DNA from: a virus
Taxonomy: Duplodnaviria > Caudoviricetes
Length of the DNA stretch: 31,376 nucleotides
Strand: one strand, 5' to 3'
Virus record (IMG/VR): IMGVR_UViG_3300021375_000107
Span: 1-31,376 of that record
Positions within the stretch are counted from its first letter, which is position 1, and the number at the start of each line of letters is the position of its first letter. Below the pieces are notes generated by a model, which saw nothing but the letters and a program-made list of their open reading frames with translations, did no database searches and was not told where the DNA came from. A program made the position numbers and the translations under genes. Of the stretch, positions 1-9,775 are shown piece after piece.

Positions 1-447
1 ATTACCATCCGAATATAATCCTTCCTGCATAGCAGAAGCATATTCAATTTTACTTTTCTTATATGCTTTAAGTTGTGCTGCTAAATTTGTAAAACTATTG
101 TTAACATTTTGCATTTGATCAACGTATAGCATGTAGTCTGGGTCTGTTGTATCATCAAACGCGGCCGCATTTTTAGCAGCCTCCGCGTATATTGATCTTT
201 GACCAAGCAGAAAACTTCTCATAGCTGCTGTCTCCTCTGGTGTAAAGCTAGTAAAGTCCATATCGGTTTTCATATTCCGCATGTAATTATTAACTTTAGC
301 CTGTACAGCTTTATTTTCATCTACCCTAGCAGGTGTCTGTCTATTGAAACTTCCTGAGTCAACAAGCCCTTGCTTAACCGCTCCAGCAACATCTAAAAAT
401 TTCTTACCCGTTAAAGCAGCCCCTTGTATTAGTGCATTGTTTGCCAT
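1..447 (-). CDS. Partial (N-terminal 149 aa) putative ejection/internal cargo protein; runs off the left window edge
   Basis: Not in the ORF track. Hand-translated from ATG at 447 with no stop to position 1: MANNALIQGAALTGKKFLDVAGAVKQGLVDSGSFNRQTPARVDENKAVQAKVNNYMRNMKTDMDFTSF...QEGLYSDGN. Helical, Ala/Gln/Asn-rich. It lies downstream of the tail genes, where podophage ejection proteins usually sit. Confidence 0.75.
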   Translation of the reverse strand, partial: MANNALIQGAALTGKKFLDVAGAVKQGLVDSGSFNRQTPARVDENKAVQAKVNNYMRNMKTDMDFTSFTPEETAAMRSFLLGQRSIYAEAAKNAAAFDDTTDPDYMLYVDQMQNVNNSFTNLAAQLKAYKKSKIEYASAMQEGLYSDGN

Positions 448-453
448 GTTATC

Positions 454-864
454 TTAATTGTTTTTTCTTAACTTAACCTTAGTAGAATTAACTTCTGGCC
501 TACCTATATTAGGCTTTACTGGCATTGAGTTTTCTATCGGTTTAATTGCTCTTGGTTTTGTATAGCTAGGTTTTATAGAACTAGGTTTGTTATAACCAGG
601 ACTTCTATCAACATGCGGTACATAATACCTATTATAATTCCATCGCCAGTCTTGATTGTATTGATACCTAAACGAATTACGATTTATTAATTCTTGTATT
701 CTTCTATCAAGCACTCTAAATTTAAAGTCCCTAACTGGCACGGCGAGCGTATCTCCTGCTTCTGTTATTGTTAGTATACTTTTAATTTTATAATTTGAAA
801 AATTATATTTACTACCACAAGATGTAAGTATTAATACTAACGCTATGATTATTATTTTTTTCAT
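454..864 (-). CDS. Putative lipoprotein, function unknown
   Basis: MKK, a hydrophobic stretch and a lipobox LTS|C (MKKIIIIALVLILTSCGS); Tyr/Asn/Trp-rich middle and Pro/Lys-rich low-complexity tail. Confidence 0.75.
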   Translation of the reverse strand: MKKIIIIALVLILTSCGSKYNFSNYKIKSILTITEAGDTLAVPVRDFKFRVLDRRIQELINRNSFRYQYNQDWRWNYNRYYVPHVDRSPGYNKPSSIKPSYTKPRAIKPIENSMPVKPNIGRPEVNSTKVKLRKNN

Positions 865-881
865 AATTAAATTTTATTATA

Positions 882-1526
882 TTATTTACCCCCTAGTAAA
901 TTACCTAGAAAACTTCCCTCACCTTTTTGATCAGCTATACCAGGTAAACTAGGTACTATTGATCCAGCTGCTCCAGCAACTCCACCAATTATTGATTTAG
1001 TGGCTGCGTCTCTAGCTGCATTAGCAGCCCCGAGTCTTTGCTGGGACATACCTAACATAGTTTCTGTTTTATCTTTTTCAGCAGCTCTAGACTCGTAAGC
1101 ACCTTGAAGTTCTTGCCTTTGTAATTGTCCAGCCATTTGTCTTTCGGCCATTTGGTTCGAGGCTTCTTGTTGTCCAATACTTGCGGATGCAGATTGCGCA
1201 TTTGCAGTTTGTTGTTGAGCAAGTGATTGTGCTAGTGCAGCTATGCCAGATCCACCAGCAGCACCAGATAGCTTATCCATAGTGTTAGCCATACCAGCTT
1301 GTTGTTGTTGATTAACAAAGTCTGCTTGCTGTGTGTTAACCGTTAGGTCTTCCATAGTATTTTCTTGGTTAACCGCTAAATTAGATGTGTCCAAGCCTTC
1401 CATTCTCTGCTTGTTTCTATCAAATTCCCTCTGAGCTTCTCTCTGTTCTCGTTTTCTTTTGCCGCTTCCTATGATCCCTCCGGCTATCCCCGCGAGACCT
1501 TGTACGGCACCTAACATTGGTATCAT
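882..1526 (-). CDS. Putative ejection/DNA pilot-like internal virion protein
   Basis: Gly/Ala-rich hydrophobic helices at both ends (GAVQGLAGIAGGIIG; IIGGVAGAAGSIV) flank a Gln/Ala-rich coiled coil. This architecture is typical of podophage ejection proteins, and the gene follows the tail genes. Confidence 0.65.
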   Translation of the reverse strand: MIPMLGAVQGLAGIAGGIIGSGKRKREQREAQREFDRNKQRMEGLDTSNLAVNQENTMEDLTVNTQQADFVNQQQQAGMANTMDKLSGAAGGSGIAALAQSLAQQQTANAQSASASIGQQEASNQMAERQMAGQLQRQELQGAYESRAAEKDKTETMLGMSQQRLGAANAARDAATKSIIGGVAGAAGSIVPSLPGIADQKGEGSFLGNLLGGK

Positions 1527-1548
1527 ATGTATTGAATTGTTTTATAAG

Positions 1549-1566
1549 TTATTATTACGTATTATT
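1549..1566 (-). promoter_or_regulatory. Candidate late promoter motif AATAATACGTAATAATAA (copy 1)
   Basis: Identical 18-mer at 26508-26525; core GTAATAATAA also at 15150-15159. Each copy overlaps an upstream stop codon and precedes a gene start. Confidence 0.5.
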
Positions 1567-1900
1567 TACTACTTTCAAATATTTCAGAACCAACTAAAAA
1601 CAATTCTGCATAATCCAAGGAATCGTTTTTTAATTGCATTTCCGCATAGTAGCCTTTTAATCCGCTTGTATTTACGTTTGCTGTTTTACTAAACAATATA
1701 AAACTAGTAACAGTTGGTCTTGTTTGTGTGCTTAGTATATTACAAACTATTGATTTAGCATTAGGTATAGCTGTTATTTCACCTATTAAAACAATATCTT
1801 TTCCATTTATATCGTTAGTGTAATATGCTGTATCCCCTACTTGAACGGAAACATTCAATGGTTGAGGAAATGTTAATGTTATAGAATCTATTGCCGCCAT
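1562..1900 (-). CDS. Virion tail protein resembling the detached C-terminal segment of a muzzle/stabilisation protein
   Basis: Motifs ITLTF..PLNVSVQVGD and SGLKGYYAEMQLKND...ELFLVGSEIFESSK, which I recall at the C-termini of crAss-like stabilisation proteins (not searched). Confidence 0.5.
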   Translation of the reverse strand: MAAIDSITLTFPQPLNVSVQVGDTAYYTNDINGKDIVLIGEITAIPNAKSIVCNILSTQTRPTVTSFILFSKTANVNTSGLKGYYAEMQLKNDSLDYAELFLVGSEIFESSK

Positions 1901-1911
1901 AAGTTTATTTA

Positions 1912-2250
1912 TTAAGGTGTGTTGCAGCTAGAGCATTGACTATAAGGTCCGTTGCCTCCGTTGCCAGCTTCATCAATTTTGTAATTTGGGGGTGTTGATG
2001 ATTGCGCTAAAATTTCTGCACAAATGATTGATCCATTTGCAGAAGATTTAATCCAAACAACATTTCCAACAGAATAGTTATATTGCAATACTATTGAAGA
2101 ACTACCGCTAAAACCGCTAACAGGGTCTAAATAATATAAAGCAACTTGCCCGCATGCTTGAGCTCGCCAAGATGTAAAACAAGATGGGCAATTCTGGCTA
2201 AGTTCTAGCGTTCCGCCAGAAGCTGTTGTTAATTGTCTATATGTTGCCAT
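1912..2250 (-). CDS. Small Cys-rich tail-associated protein
   Basis: N-terminus MATYRQLTTASGGTLELSQNCPSC is paralogous to the N-terminus of 2262-2519; ends CSSCNTP. Confidence 0.7.
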   Translation of the reverse strand: MATYRQLTTASGGTLELSQNCPSCFTSWRAQACGQVALYYLDPVSGFSGSSSIVLQYNYSVGNVVWIKSSANGSIICAEILAQSSTPPNYKIDEAGNGGNGPYSQCSSCNTP

Positions 2251-2261
2251 ATTAATTTATA

Positions 2262-2519
2262 TTAAGGTGTTGTACAAGTGCCAGCGTCAGTACTGTAATA
2301 TCCTGCTGCAGCTATTGTTGTTAGAGCCGCGTCAGAATAAAGCAATGTTGCCGTAGCGAAAGTAGCTCCTGCTGCTACATACACTGTAGCTGTAGTAGAT
2401 GTGCCACAACACACTGTGTTTGCTGTAGTAGCATAACACAAGGTTAATTGAGTTGAGCAAGTTGGGCATGTCTGCGACGAGCCTAATGTTCCTCCTGTTT
2501 GTTGTCTGTAATTTGCCAT
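2262..2519 (-). CDS. Small Cys/Thr-rich tail-associated protein
   Basis: MANYRQQTGGTLGSSQTCPTC followed by a CC...FATAT..Y.D...AAAGYY module that is also present at the C-terminus of 2526-3995; ends CTTP. Confidence 0.7.
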   Translation of the reverse strand: MANYRQQTGGTLGSSQTCPTCSTQLTLCYATTANTVCCGTSTTATVYVAAGATFATATLLYSDAALTTIAAAGYYSTDAGTCTTP

Positions 2520-2525
2520 GTTTAT

Positions 2526-3995
2526 TTATTGTTTATAAAATCCATCAGCCGCAGGGTTACCTGAAGCATCTAGTACTGATGTTGCTGTTAAAAATGTTTG
2601 TCCACTTGCTACAAAATAAGTTCCGCTTGAAACTGAGCAACAAGCCGCGTTAGCTGTTGAACCAAAGCTTAATTGAACCGGTACCAAAGCGCCCTGTATG
2701 TGCTTATCTAAATCTAAAATACTTAACAAGCTGGGTGTGCCTGTTCCGTATATTGTAACGTCAAGTACAGCGGTTAATGTTTTAGTTGCTGGTACGTTGT
2801 CTATTGTTATTGCTTGTGAGTTTACATTAAATTCATAATTAGGAAACACAGAAGCTTGATTTGTCCAATTTTGAACATTTATAGGATTAGAAATAACAAA
2901 GTTTGCGGTAGATGTGGCTGCTACTGTATATGTAAAATCCTGATTGAATGTTTCGTTACCTGGAATAAAAGTATTAGAATCAGCAACACCAACAGTTACG
3001 TTTGAATTTGTACTTGTAAACCCAAAAGATAAAGACGTATCTATATATTGATTAACTACAATTGTTGATGATTGCCCGTTTGGTGTATCAAATGTGCTGG
3101 ATAAATTACCAGTTAAAACAAAAGTATATGTTTGATTTATAGTAGTTGGCGGAAATATGACGTTAACTAAAGCTTGCCCAGTTGAATCTATTGTACCGGA
3201 GGTATTAACTATGTTAGTGTTGCCTGGTGTCGCTGTGCAAACTAAAGCCCAATTAGCCCCAGTTATTCCATTAATTGTAAATGTTCTAGTTGCTCCACCA
3301 ACATTAACATTACTAGTGTTAAAAACCCAAGATTGTATTTCAACCGGAGGGCTATATATATCAATAGCATTAGCCGTTAAACAAAATTCATCTCCGGTAA
3401 CATTGTTGACTGGAAAAGTATAAGTCACAGTAAACACTATACTTATTAATTGATTACTGCTATTGTATGTTTTAGAACTAGTAATAGAGTAGTTATTTAT
3501 ATTACCTATTGTCAATGCCAATATAGGTTCTACCTCAAAATAGTAACCTGTGCTTGCTATAACACTTTGCGTCAATACTGTTGCTGTTGTATCAAATTCC
3601 CCTGACCCACTATAGCTAGCTGGTAACTGTCCTGCTTTTGGAAAAGATATATTAGATGTGCCGCAAGCTTTTATTGTACCTGCTAAAGTTACAGGTGTTT
3701 GCTCAGCGTATCCCGAAGCACATATATCAATCAACACGTCATTTGCTGGCATTACACTTGGTGAAATATAATTAACAACACAATTTATATTAGCCCCGTC
3801 TTGCGAAAAAGTAACGCTACTGACATAACTAGGCAATGGCGCTGTGGCTGAAAAATTACTAGCAGTTACAGTATAACCAGGATCTGGTGTTATTAAAAGT
3901 ACAACAGATGGATTATCTTGCGTCCAATCAACCCCAACTACCTCTGGAAAACTTACTATAGTTACTGAAAAGTTATTTATATTTATTGATGCCAT
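2526..3995 (-). CDS. Beta-rich (Ig-like) tail/adhesin structural protein
   Basis: Thr/Ser/Asn/Val-rich, with repeated beta-sandwich-like segments (LITPDPGYTVTASNFS; VIASTGYYFEVEP) and a C-terminal Cys module. Confidence 0.65.
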   Translation of the reverse strand: MASININNFSVTIVSFPEVVGVDWTQDNPSVVLLITPDPGYTVTASNFSATAPLPSYVSSVTFSQDGANINCVVNYISPSVMPANDVLIDICASGYAEQTPVTLAGTIKACGTSNISFPKAGQLPASYSGSGEFDTTATVLTQSVIASTGYYFEVEPILALTIGNINNYSITSSKTYNSSNQLISIVFTVTYTFPVNNVTGDEFCLTANAIDIYSPPVEIQSWVFNTSNVNVGGATRTFTINGITGANWALVCTATPGNTNIVNTSGTIDSTGQALVNVIFPPTTINQTYTFVLTGNLSSTFDTPNGQSSTIVVNQYIDTSLSFGFTSTNSNVTVGVADSNTFIPGNETFNQDFTYTVAATSTANFVISNPINVQNWTNQASVFPNYEFNVNSQAITIDNVPATKTLTAVLDVTIYGTGTPSLLSILDLDKHIQGALVPVQLSFGSTANAACCSVSSGTYFVASGQTFLTATSVLDASGNPAADGFYKQ

Positions 3996-3997
3996 GC

Positions 3998-6900
3998 TTA
4001 TATTATTTCTCCTGTTAATACGTTTATGGTTACCGCGCTATTGTTTGGTTGTCTTTGTGAATATATTTCAACACCAGATTTAAATACCTGTAAGTAAACA
4101 CCGTCCCCATGCGTATTCAACCCTCCCCCTGCATTAAATGTGTCTGCTATTAACCCAAAAGAAACAATCTCAGGATTTGGTCCTGTTGTATTAGCAACTA
4201 TATTATTAGCAGTTGCTTGATCTATAGTTATTAAATTATATCTATCTTTAATACTGAATGAATCTGTACTTAATATGTATTTTTGATAAGGCGCGGATGA
4301 GCGTAATTCTGTGCTTGTAACTCCTTGGGCTACTGCTGAAGGAATTGTCGCTGCTCCTTGAACATCACCCGTCGGACTATCAGCAAACCCGTTTGCATCT
4401 AAAGTATATGTGTCATATAATCCTGTAACACCTAAATTGTTACCTACATACGCCCTAGCTATATCTGTTGTATTACCAACTATTCTATAAGTACCTCTGT
4501 TACAAGCATGATTAGCTGAAACAGTATTTGTCATTGCGGTTACTTGACCTGTTGTTGGGTCTGTATAACTTCTAGCGGTTTGTGCTCCCCTTGTTGTAAC
4601 TAAAAATTCTAGATCTAATAAAGCTGCTTCAATTGTGTCACCAGTTACTTGTTGTGTACCTGTATTTCCATCAGGATCGACTACAGTCATTGTAAAATCA
4701 ATAGCTCCTGCGCCACCAGATACCGTACTAGGGGGTATATACCAATTTCCACTACCATCATTTAATGGAGCAGGTTGATTCATCCAAGATGGCATATTAG
4801 TTTGTGGTAAAGCTATGAATAATTGTGATGGTGTGTGGTCAGGATCATCAATACCTATAGGATTATATGTCCAAACATCACCATCAACCAATCCTGTTAA
4901 AGCCGGATGATTTGTTGTAAAGTAAGGATTTTCTGCTACAGGTAAAATATTTATAGATATAGTTGCCGGATCACTACAAACCCCTGCACAACAAACCTCT
5001 ACTGTAAACGATCCAGCGTCACCATAGAAGTTTAAACTAGGATTGAAAGTAAATGAGCCACTGCTCTGTAAAACCAGTGTTCCGCTGTTTGTTGCATCAT
5101 TTATTAAATTAAATGTAGCACCAGTAGCACAAGTATTTGTATCAGCTATTTGGAATGTCCCTAATGTATCTTCAATTCCAGTAAAAGATTGATCATTAAG
5201 CAATGGAGGTATGGTTGCTGTAAAGCAAGTATCATCTAAAGATGTTGTTACAGTAAAACTAGTAGGAGTAACATCTCCTGTAATAGAATTAGCTCGTCCA
5301 ATGCCTTGCACATTAAATTCATGAGAGTCCACGTTGTTATCACAATTTGTATTAAAAAATGTGTCTAATCCTTTTATATAATTAAAATACTTACCTTCTT
5401 TGTCTAAAAATTCTTTAACCTTACCTTCTTGTAAATCTGTAACAATAGAATTAGCGTACCAACCTTTTGTTGCAGAAAAGTCATTTGGATTTAATTGTTG
5501 TGCTTGTACTTGAGCTAATGAATAAGTTTTTTGACTTGGTAGCACTTTATAAATATATTCTTTAGAATTAGTTCCGCTGTAATTTAATGTTTTAAATCCT
5601 TTTACTGATGCAGGATTTTCGTTAAATATAACATTGAATGAACTTTCATAGTAATCACCTAAAGTTTCATCACTAGGTCCTATATTATAAAAGTTATTGT
5701 GCGAAGTATTAATGTTATGCTCCCAAAGTCTACCGTCTTTAAATGTATAATACTTACTATTTAAAAATACACTAGCCTCCGGTATATATGTTTTTCTAGA
5801 AGTCCAACCGTTAACTGGTGCTTCTTTAAAAGATATAGTTGTGCTAGTTGTAGGTTTTGTGTTTAAAAATTGATTACAAGTAGGATCTGGGTTTGTTCTA
5901 TCAAACTCACCAGCACCTAAAGTTTGTTGCCAATACGGAGAAAGCGTTGAAAGCGAAACATTATAGTTCCTTCTGTCTGCATCCCATCCACCAATAATTT
6001 TATTATTTAACTTTAAATTGTCCGCAAAAAAGCTATGCATCCCATAATCAGATATCTCAGTTATCCCGTCTGCAGATAATCTTATTACAGTACCTCTATT
6101 TGCATCTGTATAATACATTCTAAAACCAAACTCTGCAAAAGATTCTGGATTAGTTGCAATACCAAATTCTCCAGAAAAAGTTATAGTTTGTCCTAGTACA
6201 GCTTGATTAGATGTAACATTTGCACTGCCATCAGCGTTAAATAAAGCATCCTTGTTAGCTAGGATCTTCATGGACTTATTTTCACATAGAGTAACTAAGT
6301 TGGTGTCTCTAGAGAATAGTTTTTGTATGCTGCCGTATTCAGGATTAACGTCTTTAGTTATAGATTCAGCTTGTATAAATTGGTTTAAACCATTAACACC
6401 AGATGTTGAATTGTATATTTGAGAAAATATTAACCCATTACCTCTATGTTCTTCATTATACGGTTCATCTAATGTGGCTGAAGCTTTAACACCGTTTTCA
6501 ATAACAGGCTGATTAAAGTCATCTCTTATACGATCCGACTCTACACCATTTGCAAAAGAATAACAGTTAAAAAAGTTTAATGTATGCTCAACACCATGCT
6601 GTGTTGCTGTTTCATAAGAGCCCGGCACTTCGTAATATATATCAAGTTCGGCTGCTTCTTTTGGTTCTGTTTCAAATATAGCTGGATTAGCTGAAGTAAA
6701 ACCTTTGTCTTCTGGGTTTAAAGTTAAAAACTCCATACCAACATAATTGCTGTTATTAGAACAAGTATAGCTTGTTAAGCCGCCGTCAACTACTGGGTCC
6801 CATTGAAGACCGCCTGAACCTTCAATTGGTTTTATAGTTAACTTATATCTTCTTAAAGTATTTAAACTATCTCTATACATTACATTTGAACCAGCACATG

Positions 6901-9769
6901 CATAAGTTCTAACGACAGTGTCATCAATACTTGTGATTCTGTATATAGTGCCATTAGGATCACCGTTCTCCGGTTGACTGCTTAGGCTACCGCCCGCATC
7001 TATAAATCGGAATAAAGAACCAACGGAATTTAGGGCATCGTGCAAAGCAGGATATTTAACCTCCATAGACCTACTGCCACCATACTTACCACCACCAGTC
7101 CAACTAATTTCAATTGTACCTTCTGTTGCCCCTAATGTCGTACCGTTACCTTTTCTAGCACAATCTGTTTTTACTCTGTCAATAAAAAGTCTGCTGTCGT
7201 TTCCTTGTGCATCATCGCACAACCAATTATGAGAACTGCGATGCCAATCCCTTCTCCTATCTTTAGTAGCATCTAAATAATAACAAAACCCTAAAGCTTT
7301 TCTTATATATTGATCATCAGTAGCTCTTGCCGCTAATATATTTTCAGTAAGCACCACATCCTGATTTACTTTAACAAAAAATCTACCTGTAAATTCCGGT
7401 TTATTTTGAATTTCAATTTCAGCTATTTCTAATTGTAATCCGTCTACAGCGTATGTCCAGCCATAAGGATCTGTTGATGTAAAGTTCATATCTGCCTTAA
7501 AAACAGAAGATGACGTTAAAGTGTAATGTTCATTACCGCTTATATCTATTTTTCCAATAGATCCTATTTTATACCAATTGCTAATATTAAAACCATCAGT
7601 GATTCGCATAACTAATCCAGATGTACTAGCAGACTCTACACCAAATACTTGGTTAAAACCAGGGTGTTCAGAATCATTATCTGATACCTCAACAGCAATT
7701 TCAACTCCTCCTTCAATAGGAAAATACCCATTTGGAAACAACAATTGGGAGTTTCCATCATCTCGGGTCATTGTGCCTTTACTCAGTTTAGTTTCTTTTA
7801 AATATTGAGGCGCTTCGTTTTCAATAGCTATAATTTTATATCTAGCTTTTTCTGTCACAGGTTCATCGCTGTCATGCTCTTTTTTGAGTATAATAAAAGT
7901 TTCTTCATCTACTTTATTTCTTTCTGCTGAAGGAAAAGATAACCAAACATTCCCATCTTCTGCGTCATAGTATCGATCTAAACATAGGTTATAGTATTCT
8001 TGGGATGTTTCTTTTATGTAATACTTAAAATTAGGAAATTGTGTTTGCTGATCGTAATAGGGAACAGAGCTTGCTATCCTCGCTTTAATTTTATTTGACT
8101 TTTGGGCATCCTGCTTTTCAATAACAGCAGTCGCTTCCTTACTTGTAAATACAGGTGTTGTTCTTCCGTATTTATCCATATAAGCAACGCCAACTTGGTA
8201 AGTTCTAATAGATTTAACAGATTCAGCTACTGTATTATTACCAATTATTACACTTGAAATTGGTTCGCCATCAGGGGTTAATATATCTAAAGAGTCTGTG
8301 GCTACATCAATAACTGTTTGAGTAGGATTACCTAAAGAATCAATTAAATTGAAATTCTGTGTATAATTACCGTATATTAGTCTGTTCGCAGATATTTCTT
8401 GAGCCAGCGCTTTTCTAGGTACATTATCATATGGCCTTAACAATTGATTAGCGTTTACAACCGATGTTATAATCTCTGTTTTAATATTGAAAGAGTTAGA
8501 AAGCCACTCATCATCCGTGTTAGTGAAAGAATCAACAACGTAGACATTGGCATTGTTGGTGGCTTTATATAATATGTCTACCTCAACTACATCAATAGGT
8601 ATGTTGGACGGTACAAAATTAGATATCGTTAGTTGTCTAATATTATTAACCATCGCTAAATTATAACCCTCTTGAGGGGAATAATTAAAATCCCCTGGTA
8701 TAAAAGCAGGATTGCTAAAAGGTGAAAAAGCAGAAATTTCATTATTTTCGTACTTGTATCTATAACCAAATCTGGCAAACCTCATCTCAAAAAATGGTGT
8801 TTCTTGTTCTAATACTACGTCATATAATTTAGGAGTTGTTGTTTGATTTTCTATACCAACCCCAACAGAATTAACAATTACTACAGCACCTGTTTGATTT
8901 TGTCCACTTCCTATTATGGATTGAACAGTACATCGCGATATTGCATCGTTATCCAAGGGATCATTTTCTGACCATGAAAAAAGCAAAACGTCGTCAACTT
9001 TAAAATAAGGTGGTGTGTTTCCAAGCCAGGTAAGTGTTTGTGGTCCGCTTTCGCTGTTCAGCGGAACAACTTCACCGTTAATAGTTTCTGCAAAAGAAAA
9101 TAATGTTTGAGTTTCCACAGTTGCAATTTCAGGCGGGTTTGTACCGTCTATGGTTCTATCTGTAGAATATGCTTCTATAGTTGGTGGCTGTAACGGGTAT
9201 TTTTTTATTACAGTTAAATCAGACTCTATAAAATCTCTACCGTATATTTGGGAATGAGTTAAAAAGTTTACTGGAGGAACCCAGTCTTTTATAATTATTT
9301 TTTTAGGTTCAGTTTGATTATCTGTCCATATTAACATACCATCAAGCACATTAACACCTGTTATTAAATAGTCTTTACTAAACTTTAAAATATTTTGTGT
9401 ATCTACAACTAACGGCAAAGTAACCGTTGTTACAGAATTATAAGAAGCAATAACACTAATATTATCTGAAGCTATGAACCAATATATTTCATCTGAATTT
9501 TCATCAGATACAGCGCCAATACAAATTGGATTACTCAAATCACTTATATAATCACTAGTCCACGAAGTAAGCTTACCTGTAGTTTCATTTAAGTATTTAG
9601 ATTTCTTTTCTCTATTACCTTTTATATTTTGAAACGAACCAACCTGTGAGTTATCAGAGGAAGCTATCTCTAAATTTAAAGCATCGCGATATTCACCGTT
9701 AGGAACTAATCTCTCATCGAGATCTTTATTCATTTTCCCATTGGTAAATGTATGTATTAGTTCTGCCAT
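3998..9769 (-). CDS. Tail muzzle/stabilisation protein (crAss-like, P22 gp10-related) with C-terminal Ig/cadherin-like extension
   Basis: N-terminus F..GKMNKDLDERLVPNGEYRDALN; internal motifs RFGYRYKY..NEISAFSPFS, PRKALAQE..NRLIYGNY, RTYQVGVAYMDKYGR and FNCYSFANGVESDRIRDDFN; follows the ring protein genes. Confidence 0.8.
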   Translation of the reverse strand: MAELIHTFTNGKMNKDLDERLVPNGEYRDALNLEIASSDNSQVGSFQNIKGNREKKSKYLNETTGKLTSWTSDYISDLSNPICIGAVSDENSDEIYWFIASDNISVIASYNSVTTVTLPLVVDTQNILKFSKDYLITGVNVLDGMLIWTDNQTEPKKIIIKDWVPPVNFLTHSQIYGRDFIESDLTVIKKYPLQPPTIEAYSTDRTIDGTNPPEIATVETQTLFSFAETINGEVVPLNSESGPQTLTWLGNTPPYFKVDDVLLFSWSENDPLDNDAISRCTVQSIIGSGQNQTGAVVIVNSVGVGIENQTTTPKLYDVVLEQETPFFEMRFARFGYRYKYENNEISAFSPFSNPAFIPGDFNYSPQEGYNLAMVNNIRQLTISNFVPSNIPIDVVEVDILYKATNNANVYVVDSFTNTDDEWLSNSFNIKTEIITSVVNANQLLRPYDNVPRKALAQEISANRLIYGNYTQNFNLIDSLGNPTQTVIDVATDSLDILTPDGEPISSVIIGNNTVAESVKSIRTYQVGVAYMDKYGRTTPVFTSKEATAVIEKQDAQKSNKIKARIASSVPYYDQQTQFPNFKYYIKETSQEYYNLCLDRYYDAEDGNVWLSFPSAERNKVDEETFIILKKEHDSDEPVTEKARYKIIAIENEAPQYLKETKLSKGTMTRDDGNSQLLFPNGYFPIEGGVEIAVEVSDNDSEHPGFNQVFGVESASTSGLVMRITDGFNISNWYKIGSIGKIDISGNEHYTLTSSSVFKADMNFTSTDPYGWTYAVDGLQLEIAEIEIQNKPEFTGRFFVKVNQDVVLTENILAARATDDQYIRKALGFCYYLDATKDRRRDWHRSSHNWLCDDAQGNDSRLFIDRVKTDCARKGNGTTLGATEGTIEISWTGGGKYGGSRSMEVKYPALHDALNSVGSLFRFIDAGGSLSSQPENGDPNGTIYRITSIDDTVVRTYACAGSNVMYRDSLNTLRRYKLTIKPIEGSGGLQWDPVVDGGLTSYTCSNNSNYVGMEFLTLNPEDKGFTSANPAIFETEPKEAAELDIYYEVPGSYETATQHGVEHTLNFFNCYSFANGVESDRIRDDFNQPVIENGVKASATLDEPYNEEHRGNGLIFSQIYNSTSGVNGLNQFIQAESITKDVNPEYGSIQKLFSRDTNLVTLCENKSMKILANKDALFNADGSANVTSNQAVLGQTITFSGEFGIATNPESFAEFGFRMYYTDANRGTVIRLSADGITEISDYGMHSFFADNLKLNNKIIGGWDADRRNYNVSLSTLSPYWQQTLGAGEFDRTNPDPTCNQFLNTKPTTSTTISFKEAPVNGWTSRKTYIPEASVFLNSKYYTFKDGRLWEHNINTSHNNFYNIGPSDETLGDYYESSFNVIFNENPASVKGFKTLNYSGTNSKEYIYKVLPSQKTYSLAQVQAQQLNPNDFSATKGWYANSIVTDLQEGKVKEFLDKEGKYFNYIKGLDTFFNTNCDNNVDSHEFNVQGIGRANSITGDVTPTSFTVTTSLDDTCFTATIPPLLNDQSFTGIEDTLGTFQIADTNTCATGATFNLINDATNSGTLVLQSSGSFTFNPSLNFYGDAGSFTVEVCCAGVCSDPATISINILPVAENPYFTTNHPALTGLVDGDVWTYNPIGIDDPDHTPSQLFIALPQTNMPSWMNQPAPLNDGSGNWYIPPSTVSGGAGAIDFTMTVVDPDGNTGTQQVTGDTIEAALLDLEFLVTTRGAQTARSYTDPTTGQVTAMTNTVSANHACNRGTYRIVGNTTDIARAYVGNNLGVTGLYDTYTLDANGFADSPTGDVQGAATIPSAVAQGVTSTELRSSAPYQKYILSTDSFSIKDRYNLITIDQATANNIVANTTGPNPEIVSFGLIADTFNAGGGLNTHGDGVYLQVFKSGVEIYSQRQPNNSAVTINVLTGEII

Positions 9770-9775
9770 TCAGTT

